Position numbers and translations under genes: made by a program. A DNA stretch of 64,000 nucleotides, taken from contig DATHZQ010000040.1 of NCBI GenBank assembly GCA_035458525.1, positions 7,964-71,963 on the forward strand. Direction: 5' to 3'. This document shows, piece after piece, positions 50,028 through 59,988 of the stretch. Within the stretch, counting starts at the first letter, position 1. The number at the start of each line of letters is the position of its first letter. Origin of the DNA: Acidimicrobiia bacterium (GTDB lineage Bacteria > Actinomycetota > Acidimicrobiia > Spongiisociales > UBA5794). The notes under the pieces are model-generated. The model did no database searches. It saw only the letters and a list, made by a program, of their open reading frames with translations, and was not told where the DNA came from.

Positions 50028-50209
50028 GACGCCAGAGGCTACCGGCCGCTCGAGGCGCTCGCTGCCGTCTGACCTCTCGGAAACCCCTTCCCCAAGGGCT
50101 TGGCCTGCACTATCGTCGTGGCTGTCGGGCAGATTGCGCTGCGATGTGCCGTCAGTTTCATTCGTCCTCTAATATTCCCCGTCCGGTCCAGTTCCGGGCC
50201 GGTTTTCTT

Positions 50210-50431
50210 GTGGCAAAAACAGACGACGTCATCGAGGTTGAAGGCACCGTCGTCGAGCCCCTCCCGAACGCGATGTTCAGGGTCAAGCTCGACAACGGCC
50301 ATGAGGTGCTCTGCCACATCTCAGGCAAGATGCGGAAGCACTACATCCGCATCATCCCTGGGGATCGGGTGCGCCTCGCCATGTCGCCCTATGACCTCGA
50401 ACGAGGCAGGATCACGTACAGGTACCGATGA
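50210..50431 (+). CDS. infA: Translation initiation factor IF-1
   Basis: ORF 50144..50431 trimmed to the GTG at 50210. [41 protein letters not shown]. Confidence 0.96.
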   Translation: MAKTDDVIEVEGTVVEPLPNAMFRVKLDNGHEVLCHISGKMRKHYIRIIPGDRVRLAMSPYDLERGRITYRYR

Positions 50432-50541
50432 AAGTTTCCGCATCAGTCAAGAAGATGTGCGAGAAGTGCCGGGTCATCCGGCGGCACGGTCGCGTCTGGG
50501 TGATCTGCTCCAATCCGCGACACAAGCAACGTCAGGGGTAG
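50428..50541 (+). CDS. rpmJ: 50S ribosomal protein L36 (zinc-binding C-plus form)
   Basis: Not in the ORF track (37 aa). [41 protein letters not shown] overlap with infA. Confidence 0.95.
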   Translation: MKVSASVKKMCEKCRVIRRHGRVWVICSNPRHKQRQG

Positions 50542-50547
50542 CGCAGC

Positions 50548-50925
50548 ATGGCCCGTATCGCAGGAACCGACCTCCCGAGGGACAAGCGCGTCGAGATTGG
50601 CCTCACGTACATCTTCGGCGTCGGCAAGACGACGTCGCAGCTGATCCTGCACGACCTCGACATCAACCTCGACACCAAGGTCCGGGATCTGACGGACAAC
50701 GAGGTCGTTCAGATCCGCCAGTACATCGATGCCAATCTCACCGTGGAAGGTGATCTTCGCCGCGACGTGGCGCAGAACATCAAGCGCAAGATCGAGATCG
50801 GCAGCTATCAGGGTCTCCGGCACCGCCGGGGCCTGCCCGTTCGGGGGCAGCGGACGCACACCAACGCCCGCACCCGAAAGGGCAAGTCGGCGCCCGTCGC
50901 CGGCAAGAAAAAGGTCACCAAGTAG
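50548..50925 (+). CDS. rpsM: 30S ribosomal protein S13
   Basis: [24 protein letters not shown]. Confidence 0.97.
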   Translation: MARIAGTDLPRDKRVEIGLTYIFGVGKTTSQLILHDLDINLDTKVRDLTDNEVVQIRQYIDANLTVEGDLRRDVAQNIKRKIEIGSYQGLRHRRGLPVRGQRTHTNARTRKGKSAPVAGKKKVTK

Positions 50926-50942
50926 GTCGCTGAGAGGTATCC

Positions 50943-51332
50943 GTGGCAAAACAGCAGCGAGTCGGGCGAAGGCGCATCAAGCGCAACATTCCGCACGGCC
51001 AGGCCCATATCAAGGCCAGCTTCAACAACACGATCATCACGATCACCGACCAAGACGGTGGTGTCGTGGCGTGGACGTCCGGCGGTTCCGTTGGATTCAA
51101 GGGTTCGCGCAAATCGACACCGTACGCCGCCCAGGTGGCTGCCGAGCAGGCGGCTCGCCGCGCCGGTGAGATGGGTGTTCGCAAGCTCGACGTGATCGTG
51201 CGCGGCTCGGGTTCGGGCCGGGAGACGGCGATTCGCACGTTGCAGAACATGGGTATCGAAGTGACCGGGATCAAGGACGTCACACCCGTGCCACACAATG
51301 GCTGCCGCCCCAAGAAGCGGAAGGGCCGCTGA
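50943..51332 (+). CDS. rpsK: 30S ribosomal protein S11
   Basis: [18 protein letters not shown]...[14 protein letters not shown]. Confidence 0.97.
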   Translation: MAKQQRVGRRRIKRNIPHGQAHIKASFNNTIITITDQDGGVVAWTSGGSVGFKGSRKSTPYAAQVAAEQAARRAGEMGVRKLDVIVRGSGSGRETAIRTLQNMGIEVTGIKDVTPVPHNGCRPKKRKGR

Positions 51333-51937
51333 TGGCTCGGTACACCGGACCCCGTACCAAGCGCAGCCGCCGCGCCCGCCAACTCCTCGACGAGAACAAG
51401 GCGAAGTATTTCGACCGGCGGCCGTATCCGCCGGGTGAGCACGGCCGCGGCCGCATCCGCGAGTCGCAGTACCAGATCCAGCTGCGTGAGAAGCAGAAGC
51501 TTCGCTTCACGTACGGCGTGCTCGAGCGTCAATTCCGCCGCTACTACGAGAAGGCCGCCCGCCAGCGAGGCATCACGGGTGAGAATCTCCTGCGGCTGCT
51601 CGAGGCGAGGCTCGACAATGTCGTCTACCGCGCCGGTCTGGCCCGTACCCGTCCCCAGGCTCGCCAGCTCGTCAACCACGGGCACTTCCAAGTCAACGGG
51701 AAGAAGGTCGACATCCCTTCGTACCAGGTTCGTGCCGGCGACGTGATCACGATGCGGGAGCGCAGCCGCGAGCTGTTCCCCGTGCAGCAGGCCGTTGACA
51801 CGATCGACCGTCCGATGCCCGAGTGGCTGGACGTCAACGCCGGTGACCGCAAGGTAACCGTCACCTCGCTTCCCAGCCGCCAGCAGATCGACACACAGAT
51901 CCAAGAGCAGCTGGTCGTCGAGCTCTACTCCAAGTAA
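51332..51937 (+). CDS. rpsD: 30S ribosomal protein S4
   Basis: [14 protein letters not shown]...RLDNVVYRAGLARTRPQARQLVNHGH. Confidence 0.97.
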   Translation: MARYTGPRTKRSRRARQLLDENKAKYFDRRPYPPGEHGRGRIRESQYQIQLREKQKLRFTYGVLERQFRRYYEKAARQRGITGENLLRLLEARLDNVVYRAGLARTRPQARQLVNHGHFQVNGKKVDIPSYQVRAGDVITMRERSRELFPVQQAVDTIDRPMPEWLDVNAGDRKVTVTSLPSRQQIDTQIQEQLVVELYSK

Positions 51938-51969
51938 CCACTCAGTCCCTCCGAACCCGAGGAGCGCCC

Positions 51970-52923
51970 GTGCTCATCGTCCAGCGTCCAACCATTGAAG
52001 AGGAGCAGGTAACCGACGTCCGCTCACGGTTCGTCATCGAACCGCTCGAGCCTGGCTTCGGCTACACCCTGGGGAACACTCTCCGGCGTACGCTCCTGTC
52101 CCGTATTCCCGGGGCCGCCATCACGTCGGTCCGGATCGAGGGCGTTCAACACGAGTTCTCGACCATCGAGGGCGTAGTCGAGGACGTCGTCGACTTCATC
52201 CTGAATCTCAAGCAGGTCGTGCTCCAGATGGAGACCGATGAGCCGGCGACGTTGTACCTCTCCGCCAAGGGCAAGGCCGATGTCGCCGCATCCGACCTGA
52301 AGGTCCCAGCCGGGGTCGAGGTCGTCAACGGCGATCTTCATCTCGCCAGCTTGTCGTCCAGCGGCAGGCTCGAGGTCGAGATGACGGTCGAGCGCGGGGT
52401 CGGCTATCGCAGCGCAGATCGCAACAAGCGCAGCGACACGATCGGTGTCATGCCGATCGACTCCATCTTCTCTCCCGTGCGCAAGGTCTCGTACCGGGTC
52501 GAGAGCACGCAGGTCGGCCAGATGACCGACTTCGACAAGCTCATCCTCGATGTGGAGGCCGATGGTTCCACCTCGCCGAGTGAGACGCTGTCTTCCGCCG
52601 GCAAGACGCTGCGCGAGCTGTTCGGGCTGTTCGCCGACATGGATGAGGGCATTGGCCTCGAACTCGGCGACGTCGTCGCGGCCGAGCCGTCCTCGCCGGA
52701 CCTCGACCTGCCGATCGAGGCGCTGGATCTCTCGGAGCGGCCGCGCAATTGCTTGCGACGGGCCCAGGTCCACACCGTTGGCGAGCTGGTCGAGAAGACC
52801 GAGGATGATCTGCTGAACATCACCAACTTCGGGCAGAAGAGCCTGGAAGAGGTCACTGCGAAGCTCGACGAGCTCGGGCTGAGCCTGCGTTCGATCGCCG
52901 ACGCCGATCCGGGAGTCGTGTGA
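51970..52923 (+). CDS. rpoA: DNA-directed RNA polymerase alpha subunit
   Basis: [25 protein letters not shown]-terminal domain [23 protein letters not shown]. Confidence 0.97.
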   Translation: MLIVQRPTIEEEQVTDVRSRFVIEPLEPGFGYTLGNTLRRTLLSRIPGAAITSVRIEGVQHEFSTIEGVVEDVVDFILNLKQVVLQMETDEPATLYLSAKGKADVAASDLKVPAGVEVVNGDLHLASLSSSGRLEVEMTVERGVGYRSADRNKRSDTIGVMPIDSIFSPVRKVSYRVESTQVGQMTDFDKLILDVEADGSTSPSETLSSAGKTLRELFGLFADMDEGIGLELGDVVAAEPSSPDLDLPIEALDLSERPRNCLRRAQVHTVGELVEKTEDDLLNITNFGQKSLEEVTAKLDELGLSLRSIADADPGVV

Positions 52924-53273
52924 TGCCTCGGCCGAAGAAGGGTCCTCGTCTCGGCGGCAGTCCGTCGCATCAACGGAAGATCCTCGCCAACCTCGCTGCC
53001 TCGCTCATCGAGGAGGAGCGCGTGACGACCACCGAAGCGAAGGCGAAGATGTTGCGGCCCTACGTGGAGAAGATGATCACCAAGGCGCGCCGTGGTGATC
53101 TCCACGCCCGCAGGCTGGTGCTGCGAAAGATCCAGGACAACGAGGTCGTGACGAAGCTGTTCGACGACGTGGGTCCTCGCTACGCCGACCGGCCGGGCGG
53201 CTACACGCGGATCGTCAAGATCGGCCCGCGTCGTGGCGACGGCGCACCGATGGCCATCGTCGAGCTCGTCTGA
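52923..53273 (+). CDS. rplQ: 50S ribosomal protein L17
   Basis: [30 protein letters not shown] overlap with rpoA. Confidence 0.96.
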   Translation: MPRPKKGPRLGGSPSHQRKILANLAASLIEEERVTTTEAKAKMLRPYVEKMITKARRGDLHARRLVLRKIQDNEVVTKLFDDVGPRYADRPGGYTRIVKIGPRRGDGAPMAIVELV

Positions 53274-53296
53274 GCCGTCGATCCAATCGAGAAGTC

Positions 53297-53329
53297 GAGG
53301 AAGGGGCCGCCGTAGCGGCCCCTTTCCTC
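53297..53329. terminator. Bidirectional terminator-like hairpin between convergent rplQ and the surface-protein gene
   Basis: GAGGAAGGGGCCGC-CGTA-GCGGCCCCTTTCCTC, a ~13-bp GC-rich stem flanked by T/C-rich sequence. Confidence 0.6.
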
Positions 53330-53349
53330 TTCCCTGGCCCTCTGCGCCG

Positions 53350-56142
53350 CTACGACGACCGTCGTCGTCGAGCGGGCAGACCCCCGTGGGAAGCCACAAC
53401 GAATGCGCCCCCCAGTCCGAGAAGGACGGTGGCGATCAGGGCCAGGAGACCTGTGGCAACACCGGTTGTCGGCAGTTCTTCCTGAGCGATCGACACACGC
53501 ACCAAATTCTCGGCCCGCAGCGTCGTCGTAGGAGCCAAGGCATCGCCGGTGGTGGGCGAAGCCGCAGTGGCGGTGACGATTCCAATGTCGGTGATGTCAC
53601 CAGTGGCGGAGGTTCGCCATGCGTAGACCAGCGCCGCCCCCGGGAGGAGCGGGATTGCGCCGTCGCCTGAGATGAGGTCCATCTCGGCCCCACCGACGGC
53701 AAAGGTGGTGTCCTCGAGTTCGACCGGCCACAACGCCGTGTCGCCCGTGTTCTCGATGACGAAGCAGAGCGTGACGGGCTCGCCGACGTCGTCCACCGTC
53801 AGTGCCGCTGCACCATCGCCGACGGCACACTCCGTTTCGTGCCCCGCCACCGCGGTGTGAATGAAGCGCAGTGAAGGCTCCAGCAGCTCGACGGTGGTTG
53901 TCGCCCTCGCCGTCACGGTCTCCGGTACGGCGGCCGCAGCCAGGGTCTGCGAAGCCAGCGAGGCCGGGTCGTCGTAGAGGGTTGCCGTCACGGTGGTGGT
54001 GCTGGTCAGGTTCTGGTCGATGACGTCGAGGTGCTCCAGCATCAACGCCGCACCCGGCGGGAGAGGCTGGCTCGGGTCACCATTCACGGTGGCGAGGTCG
54101 TTCCTCGTGATGTCGAGCTCAGGGTCGTCGATCATGATGGGGTACAAGGGGACCGTGCCGGTGTTGGCGATGATGAAGCAGTAGCGCACCTCGGCGCCAC
54201 GCACGCCTTCCATCGCCCTGTCAGACGTCTCGAGCGCCCCACCACAGCTGGCACCGGCAGCGACAACGAACTTGGTGAGGTGAACGCCACCTTCGCGGAT
54301 CGCCACCCCCGCCGTATCGCTCGCGGTCACGACCGAGTCGGCGATGTCAGGGTCGGCAGCGGTGGCGCTGGCCGTAGCCGTCGAGGTCGTATCCGAATCC
54401 AGCCGGGCGGCCAGCGACCACACCGCTGTCTCGCCTGGTGTCAGACCGTCGGAGAGCTCGCCGGCGACGAGTGTCAGGTCACCCGTTGCCACTCCCAGAT
54501 CCGGATCGGAGATCGTGACCGTGTCCACGTCGACTTCACCGGTGTTGGTGACGGCGAAGCAGTATGTGATGGCCGTGCCGGTCGCTGCGGCCACCAGCTC
54601 ATCGACGCCTTCTCGGCCGGGGCACGCCGCGGCAGTGCCGGCGAGCACGGTCTTGGAAAGCGCGATGCCGGGCGTGAGGACGACCAGCGCCGCATCGTCG
54701 GTTGCAGTGACGTCGGCGAGCGCCAGCGTCGTACCGGCTGCGTCGCTCGGCGTGCCGGTGGCCGTCGCCGTGATGAGGAGGTCGCTGTTGGCCACCGCCT
54801 CGTAGGCGTACACCAGCTCGCCGCCCAGCAGCAACGGCGACGCAGCGTCACCGGCCACCAACTCCATGTCGGCCTCGCCGATACCGAGCACCGCGGCGTT
54901 GACGTACACGGGAAAGAGGGGAGTGGTTCCCGGATTCGTGACCCGGAAGCAATACGTGACGAGATCGCCCGGTTCAGCCACGGCAGACTCGTCGACGCCT
55001 GCGACCCCGGGGCAGGCACCATCTGCGGTGTCGAGGATGGTCGTCTCGAGTCCGATCGCAGGTGCGGCATCGGCGAATGAAGGGATGTGAAGCACGCTGC
55101 CGCCCGCCCATGCTCCCGACTCGGGGAGACCGCGGTAGCCACCGTTGTCGCTGGGGGACTCGAACTGCACGACCATCCACTCGCTGCCTGCCGGGACGAC
55201 GATGTCCACCTCGACCAGCGCGTATTCGGGGCCGACGCTGCCGCCGCGGATGGCAGAAGCCGGCGCTGACACTGTGGCGGCCGGGCAGCTCTGGCCCGGT
55301 GGTGAGAACGGATTGGACACTATGCGAGTAGCTCCGGGGAACACCGCGTTGCCCTGAGCGTCGACGAGCGTGTCTGTCGTCGAGGGTGCCGCTCCGTTGC
55401 CCGTCGCCGCCCATATTTGGGACACCCTGCACTGCTGTGTTCCGCTGTCGGCGCCGCCCTGTGCGGCGCGCACGGTCACGGTCAGGTCGGAGGCCGGTGC
55501 GCCCACCCAGTCATACACCAGCAACTCGGTGGTTCCGGAGGATGCGGCGTGACCGCCGAAGTAATAGTCGGCGCCGATCTTCCAGATCGCATCTTCGACG
55601 CCGGCGCACGGCGTCGTGTCGTAGACGGCGGTGACGACTCCACCCCACGAGACGCCGAGGCCTGGTGTGGCGAACGGCTCGATGTCGATGGAGTAGACCC
55701 CGGCATCGCCAGGCGCCAGGAGATCGGTGATGTCGGCCCACCACGAGTACACGTTGTCGCCGCGTCCGTCGATGCGAGAGTTGTCGGAGCCGATCAACGT
55801 GCCGGCCCTCGCGGGATCACTGGACGATCCGCCCGGTCCGGCGACTTCGATGTCGAGCGAGGACGTACCGCTGTCGGCGTCGTCGCGGCCCGTCCACTCG
55901 ACGATGACGCTGACCACTGGTCCCGGTACGTTCAGCTCGACACCGTCGGCGGGTGACTTGACGCCTTCGCTGAGACCGAAGCCGGATGCGACGGATGCGA
56001 TGCATCGGTCGTCGGGGATGGGCAGCTCGAGCACGTCGGCGTACGCAGGTGCGCTCATCAGCGGCAACAACGCAGCAACCAGCGCGGCGATCGTGATCGC
56101 CCACGGCCCACGCAGGCGAGTTCTTGTGTGCATTGTTCCCAA
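53350..56142 (-). CDS. LPXTG-anchored cell-wall surface protein with four tandem ~125-aa repeat domains
   Basis: Signal peptide (AITIAALVAALLPLMSAPAYA). C-terminal LPTTG plus hydrophobic span plus RRRRSS. Four repeats each carry C...(V/I)(T/R)(Y/L)CF.(V/I).N.G: VTYCFRVTNPG, ITYCFAVTNTG, VRYCFIIANTG, VTLCFVIENTG. Confidence 0.85.
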   Translation of the reverse strand: MGTMHTRTRLRGPWAITIAALVAALLPLMSAPAYADVLELPIPDDRCIASVASGFGLSEGVKSPADGVELNVPGPVVSVIVEWTGRDDADSGTSSLDIEVAGPGGSSSDPARAGTLIGSDNSRIDGRGDNVYSWWADITDLLAPGDAGVYSIDIEPFATPGLGVSWGGVVTAVYDTTPCAGVEDAIWKIGADYYFGGHAASSGTTELLVYDWVGAPASDLTVTVRAAQGGADSGTQQCRVSQIWAATGNGAAPSTTDTLVDAQGNAVFPGATRIVSNPFSPPGQSCPAATVSAPASAIRGGSVGPEYALVEVDIVVPAGSEWMVVQFESPSDNGGYRGLPESGAWAGGSVLHIPSFADAAPAIGLETTILDTADGACPGVAGVDESAVAEPGDLVTYCFRVTNPGTTPLFPVYVNAAVLGIGEADMELVAGDAASPLLLGGELVYAYEAVANSDLLITATATGTPSDAAGTTLALADVTATDDAALVVLTPGIALSKTVLAGTAAACPGREGVDELVAAATGTAITYCFAVTNTGEVDVDTVTISDPDLGVATGDLTLVAGELSDGLTPGETAVWSLAARLDSDTTSTATASATAADPDIADSVVTASDTAGVAIREGGVHLTKFVVAAGASCGGALETSDRAMEGVRGAEVRYCFIIANTGTVPLYPIMIDDPELDITRNDLATVNGDPSQPLPPGAALMLEHLDVIDQNLTSTTTVTATLYDDPASLASQTLAAAAVPETVTARATTTVELLEPSLRFIHTAVAGHETECAVGDGAAALTVDDVGEPVTLCFVIENTGDTALWPVELEDTTFAVGGAEMDLISGDGAIPLLPGAALVYAWRTSATGDITDIGIVTATAASPTTGDALAPTTTLRAENLVRVSIAQEELPTTGVATGLLALIATVLLGLGGAFVVASHGGLPARRRRSS

Positions 56143-56231
56143 TCCTCGGGGTGATGCGGTGGATCGCCCAAAGGACCCCTACTTGTGTGACACCGGTACG
56201 GCCCGACCTATGGCACTGCGCGGGAGGAATT

Positions 56232-56245
56232 GGGCCGTACGGCCC
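56232..56245. promoter_or_regulatory. Perfect 14-bp palindrome in the divergent promoter region
   Basis: GGGCCGTACGGCCC, with an extra half-site CGGTACGGCCC at 56194..56204. Confidence 0.3.
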
Positions 56246-56395
56246 ACGGCGAGGTCACCTGGCGGCCGCGTGGGTTGCGGCGAACCTGCCCCGCGACGCT
56301 GCGGGACGACCGTCGCCATCTGTCCCATCGGGGGCACCGTTGTCGAGCTACCGTCTGGTCCCTTCGGCGGCCCCAACGGCAGAAACGGCGGTTCC

Positions 56396-56935
56396 ATGTC
56401 CAGACGACTCGAGCTCATGCGGCTGCTCGACGGGTTCACCCCGACCGCGTGCGAGCGCCGGGCCATGGCCGAGATGCGCGCCATCGTCACCGACCCCCGC
56501 GACATCCTCTCGGCTTACACCTACGACCCGGGCCACTTCACGGTGAGCGCCTTTGTGACCGATCGCGCCATGAGCAAGCTCGTGCTCATCCGGCACTCCC
56601 GGGTGGGCGCCTGGCTGCAACCGGGCGGGCACATCGAGCCCTCGGACTCGTCGCTCGAATCTGCCGCGCGTCGGGAGATCTGCGAGGAGACTGGCCTCAC
56701 GCAGTTCGAGTCCGCTCCCGGGCTCTTCGACGTCGACTCGCACCGGGTGCCGGCATACCGCGGGCAACCGTCACACCGTCATTTCGATCTCCGGTTCCGC
56801 ATGGTCGCATCGGACGACAGCTTGGCCCCGCCACCCGGTGGCGACGAGGTGGCGTGGGTGGTATTCGACGACGTGCCGAGTTTGACGGCTGATCGCTCGG
56901 TGCTGCGGTCTCTCCAGAAACTGCTGGGACCTTGA
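56396..56935 (+). CDS. NUDIX hydrolase
   Basis: ORF 55727..56935 trimmed to MSRRLELM. Nudix box GGHIEPSDSSLESAARREICEETGL. Confidence 0.85.
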   Translation: MSRRLELMRLLDGFTPTACERRAMAEMRAIVTDPRDILSAYTYDPGHFTVSAFVTDRAMSKLVLIRHSRVGAWLQPGGHIEPSDSSLESAARREICEETGLTQFESAPGLFDVDSHRVPAYRGQPSHRHFDLRFRMVASDDSLAPPPGGDEVAWVVFDDVPSLTADRSVLRSLQKLLGP

Positions 56936-56947
56936 GCGGATGCTGGG

Positions 56948-57643
56948 TCAGCGTTTGTACACGATGATCTCGCCGTCGCCGGTGGTCAGCGTCACCGTAT
57001 TGGCGGCTCCGTCCGATCCGTCGATGCGGAGCTCCGTGCGATCCTCCGGTTCGGTGTCGAAGGCATAGCTGCCGTCGGGGAGTTGCACCGTCACGTCGCC
57101 CTTGTCGGTGGCGACGACCAACGTGCTGACGACCTCGTCGAACGTGATGTCGACGTTTCCCTCGCTCGCTTCGAAGGTCGCAACGTCGCTGACCAAACGA
57201 GTCCCCAGCACGTCACCTTCACCAACGATCACCTGGAGGTCTCCGTCGACCGTTGCCAGGGTCACCGCTCCGATGCTGGTCTCGACCGTGATTGTGCCCG
57301 TGATGTTGGACACCACGACGTTGCCGTCGTCGGTCGTGATCACGACGTCGGCGTCCCCAGCCACCAGGATGTCGTAGTTGACTGAGCAGTCCGAGCTGCA
57401 GTCATCGGCGATGCTCAGCACCCCATCGCCAAGCTCCACGGACGGCGTGGCAGCGCCGTCGACCTCCGTCTCCACGCTCACCCCGTCGGTAGCGGCGTTT
57501 CCGGTCACCGACACATCACCCGCAGCGATATCGACTTCGATTCGCTGGGGTACGTCATCGAACTCCGTGATGGCGCTGCCGCCATCGCCCCCGCACGCAG
57601 CGAGGAGTATTGCGAGGCCAGCGGTGATGAGGCTGATGCGCAT
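56948..57643 (-). CDS. Lipoprotein with DUF4097-like (putative adhesin, beta-helix) repeats
   Basis: ORF 56948..58702 trimmed to MRISLITAGLAILLAACGG (lipobox). Repetitive G-D/N-V-x-V/I strands. Confidence 0.75.
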   Translation of the reverse strand: MRISLITAGLAILLAACGGDGGSAITEFDDVPQRIEVDIAAGDVSVTGNAATDGVSVETEVDGAATPSVELGDGVLSIADDCSSDCSVNYDILVAGDADVVITTDDGNVVVSNITGTITVETSIGAVTLATVDGDLQVIVGEGDVLGTRLVSDVATFEASEGNVDITFDEVVSTLVVATDKGDVTVQLPDGSYAFDTEPEDRTELRIDGSDGAANTVTLTTGDGEIIVYKR

Positions 57644-57739
57644 GAACCGTCCTTGTTGACTCAGCCGGGCGAGGTTAGTGGTGATGGCGGTCCGTTCGTT
57701 CGGTGACGCCGGTATCCTCGCCGCCGACAAGGAGCGGAA

Positions 57740-58270
57740 TTGACCGAGAGTCTCAAACGTGTGGTGCAAGCAGCCCGGTTCGACCGCGATGCGTTCGTGT
57801 GGATGGACTTCAACGACCGCGCCACCGGCGACGGCCTCATCATCGTGCTCATCGCTCGCACCCTGCTGCAGGTTGGTTTCGGCTCGAGCCTGCTGGGCCT
57901 GACGACATCGCTGTCCGGTCTGGAGTTTCTCCTTGCGATTGCGATCAACACCGCCGTCTTCTGGCTCGCCTACAGCGGCATCGTGTACGCCATCGCCCGG
58001 TTCCTGATGGAGGCGGGCTCCAGCTATGCGCTCGTTCTGCGCATCACGGCATATGCCTACCCGACGTTGCTCCTGCTGCTCGTGACCGACCGGCTCGTCA
58101 ACAACGCCCTCTTGGCGCTGATTCTCGGCAGCCTCTGGTTTCTGGCGATCATGGCCCACGGGATGCGTTACGCGGCGGATCTGCCATTGGAGCGGGCTGC
58201 ATTGGCGGCCGGCGGCGGAATGCTGGGTTGGATCATCATCGCCAACATCCTCGGCCGCGGTCTCATCTGA
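57740..58270 (+). CDS. Yip1-family integral membrane protein
   Basis: 176 aa with 4-5 hydrophobic spans. N-terminal RFDRDAFVWMDFNDRATGDGL resembles the Yip1/DUF1282-type head. TTG start per the ORF track. Confidence 0.55.
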   Translation: MTESLKRVVQAARFDRDAFVWMDFNDRATGDGLIIVLIARTLLQVGFGSSLLGLTTSLSGLEFLLAIAINTAVFWLAYSGIVYAIARFLMEAGSSYALVLRITAYAYPTLLLLLVTDRLVNNALLALILGSLWFLAIMAHGMRYAADLPLERAALAAGGGMLGWIIIANILGRGLI

Positions 58271-58275
58271 CGGGC

Positions 58276-59007
58276 ATGCCCGTCTACCGGCTGGATCTGG
58301 CGTACGACGGCTCGGGTTTCCACGGCTATGCGCGTCAGCCGGGCGTCCGCACGGTGCAGGGCGACCTCGAGGCCGCCCTTTTCCACCACACCGGAGCGGT
58401 CGACACGTTCGTGGCCGGACGCACCGACAAGGGCGTTCACGCCGCCGGACAGGTCGCGAGCTTTGCGACGGACGCTCCGCTCGACAGCGATCGTGTCCGG
58501 CGTTCCTTGAACCGGCAGCTCGCTCCGGAGATCGCTGTGCTGGCGCTTGCGGTTGCTCCAGATGACTTCCACGCTCGATTCTCGGCGACCGGTCGATCGT
58601 ATCGCTACCTCGTGCTCGATCGTGAGGCCCCTGATCCGTTTCTCGCTGCGACAGCCTGGCACTACGGGCAAGGCCTGGATGAGAGGGCGATGGACGCCGC
58701 AACGGCGGCGCTGGTCGGCGAACACGATTTCGCGTCGTTCTGCAGGCGTTCCGGAGACCGCAGCACCATCCGCCTCGTGCGCTCGGCCGGGTGGATGCGG
58801 GTGAGGGTAGGGCTGCTTGCGTTCGACATCGAGGCGTCGTCGTTCTGTCACCAGATGGTGCGTTCGGCCGTCGCGCTGTCGGTCGAGGTAGGCCGCGGGC
58901 GAGTTGATGCGGCTGCGGTGCCGGCGATCATCGAGGCGAAGGACCGTCACGCCGCCAAGGGTGCCGCTCCGCCCCACGGCCTCACGCTGATGCGCGTGGA
59001 CTACTGA
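58276..59007 (+). CDS. truA: tRNA pseudouridine(38-40) synthase
   Basis: ORF 57703..59007 trimmed to MPVYRLDLAYDGSGFHGYARQ. Catalytic GRTDKGVHA. Confidence 0.93.
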   Translation: MPVYRLDLAYDGSGFHGYARQPGVRTVQGDLEAALFHHTGAVDTFVAGRTDKGVHAAGQVASFATDAPLDSDRVRRSLNRQLAPEIAVLALAVAPDDFHARFSATGRSYRYLVLDREAPDPFLAATAWHYGQGLDERAMDAATAALVGEHDFASFCRRSGDRSTIRLVRSAGWMRVRVGLLAFDIEASSFCHQMVRSAVALSVEVGRGRVDAAAVPAIIEAKDRHAAKGAAPPHGLTLMRVDY

Positions 59008-59027
59008 GCCGTCGGCGCTCCGCCGCT

Positions 59028-59056
59028 TTGCTGAGCAAGCGCGAATCCGGTACGAT
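59028..59056 (+). promoter_or_regulatory. Candidate sigma-70-type promoter of rplM-rpsI
   Basis: TTGCTG-17 nt-TACGAT, ~65 nt upstream of the rplM start. Sequence pattern only. Confidence 0.4.
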
Positions 59057-59121
59057 GCCGCTTCGCTCCTGGGTCCCCGGAGCGCTCTCCCGTGCCCGAC
59101 TCTCTCGTTACGGATGCGCAC

Positions 59122-59580
59122 ATGAAGCCAAAGCTCCAGAAGACCTTCACGCCGAAGCCCGGTGATATTCAGCGGCAGTGGTTCGTCGTCGATGCCGACG
59201 GTCAGACGCTGGGCCGGTTTGCGTCCGAGATCGCGCGAATCCTGCGCGGGAAGCACAAGCCGACGTTCGCACCGCACGTCGACGGTGGTGACTACGTGAT
59301 CGTGGTCAACGCCGAGAAGGTCGCGGTCACCGGGAACAAGGAAGTCACGAAGATGTACTACCGCCACTCGGGATTCCCGGGTGGCCTGACCGAGATGAAC
59401 CTCGCAGAGCTGCGGGCGAAGTATCCAGAGCGCATCATCGAGGGTGCGGTCAGGGGCATGCTTCCGAAGAACAAGCTCGGGCGCCAGATGTTCGGCAAGC
59501 TCAAGGTGTACGCCGGCCCGGACCATCCCCATGCCGCCCAGAAGCCCGAGACGCTCGAGATTGGAAAGGTCTCCGCCTGA
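59122..59580 (+). CDS. rplM: 50S ribosomal protein L13
   Basis: ORF 59092..59580. [41 protein letters not shown]. Start at 59122 or 59092. Confidence 0.95.
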   Translation: MKPKLQKTFTPKPGDIQRQWFVVDADGQTLGRFASEIARILRGKHKPTFAPHVDGGDYVIVVNAEKVAVTGNKEVTKMYYRHSGFPGGLTEMNLAELRAKYPERIIEGAVRGMLPKNKLGRQMFGKLKVYAGPDHPHAAQKPETLEIGKVSA

Positions 59581-59972
59581 TGTCGAAGCCGCTTGCCCAG
59601 ACCACCGGCCGCCGCAAGAGCTCCGTAGCGCGCGTCCGCCTGTACGACGGAACGGGCGACTTCAAACTCAACGGACGCTCTCTGGACACCTACTTCCCGC
59701 AATTGGCGCTGCGGCTTCGCGTGCTGGAGCCATTGAAGACCGTCGAGGTCGAGGGACGCTACGACGTGCACGCCACCATTCACGGCGGCGGCTACACCGG
59801 GCAGACGGATGCGCTTCGCCTCGGCATCGCCCGAGCGCTCGTCGAGGTCGATCCCGAGCTGCGGCCTGCGCTCAAGAAGGAGGGCTTGCTCACTCGCGAC
59901 GCCCGCCGCGTCGAGCGCAAGAAGTACGGTCTTCGCAAGGCGCGTCGCGCCCCGCAGTTCACCAAGCGCTGA
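59580..59972 (+). CDS. rpsI: 30S ribosomal protein S9
   Basis: [13 protein letters not shown]...[19 protein letters not shown]...[17 protein letters not shown]. Confidence 0.97.
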   Translation: MSKPLAQTTGRRKSSVARVRLYDGTGDFKLNGRSLDTYFPQLALRLRVLEPLKTVEVEGRYDVHATIHGGGYTGQTDALRLGIARALVEVDPELRPALKKEGLLTRDARRVERKKYGLRKARRAPQFTKR

Positions 59973-59988
59973 TCAGCGCTTCGGGTCG

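Noticed and set aside
50028-50209. Candidate infA promoter (TTCCCC-17-TATCGT; TAATAT at ~50171).
   Set aside because: The hexamers are weak and several alternatives are equally (un)convincing. Not supportable from sequence alone.
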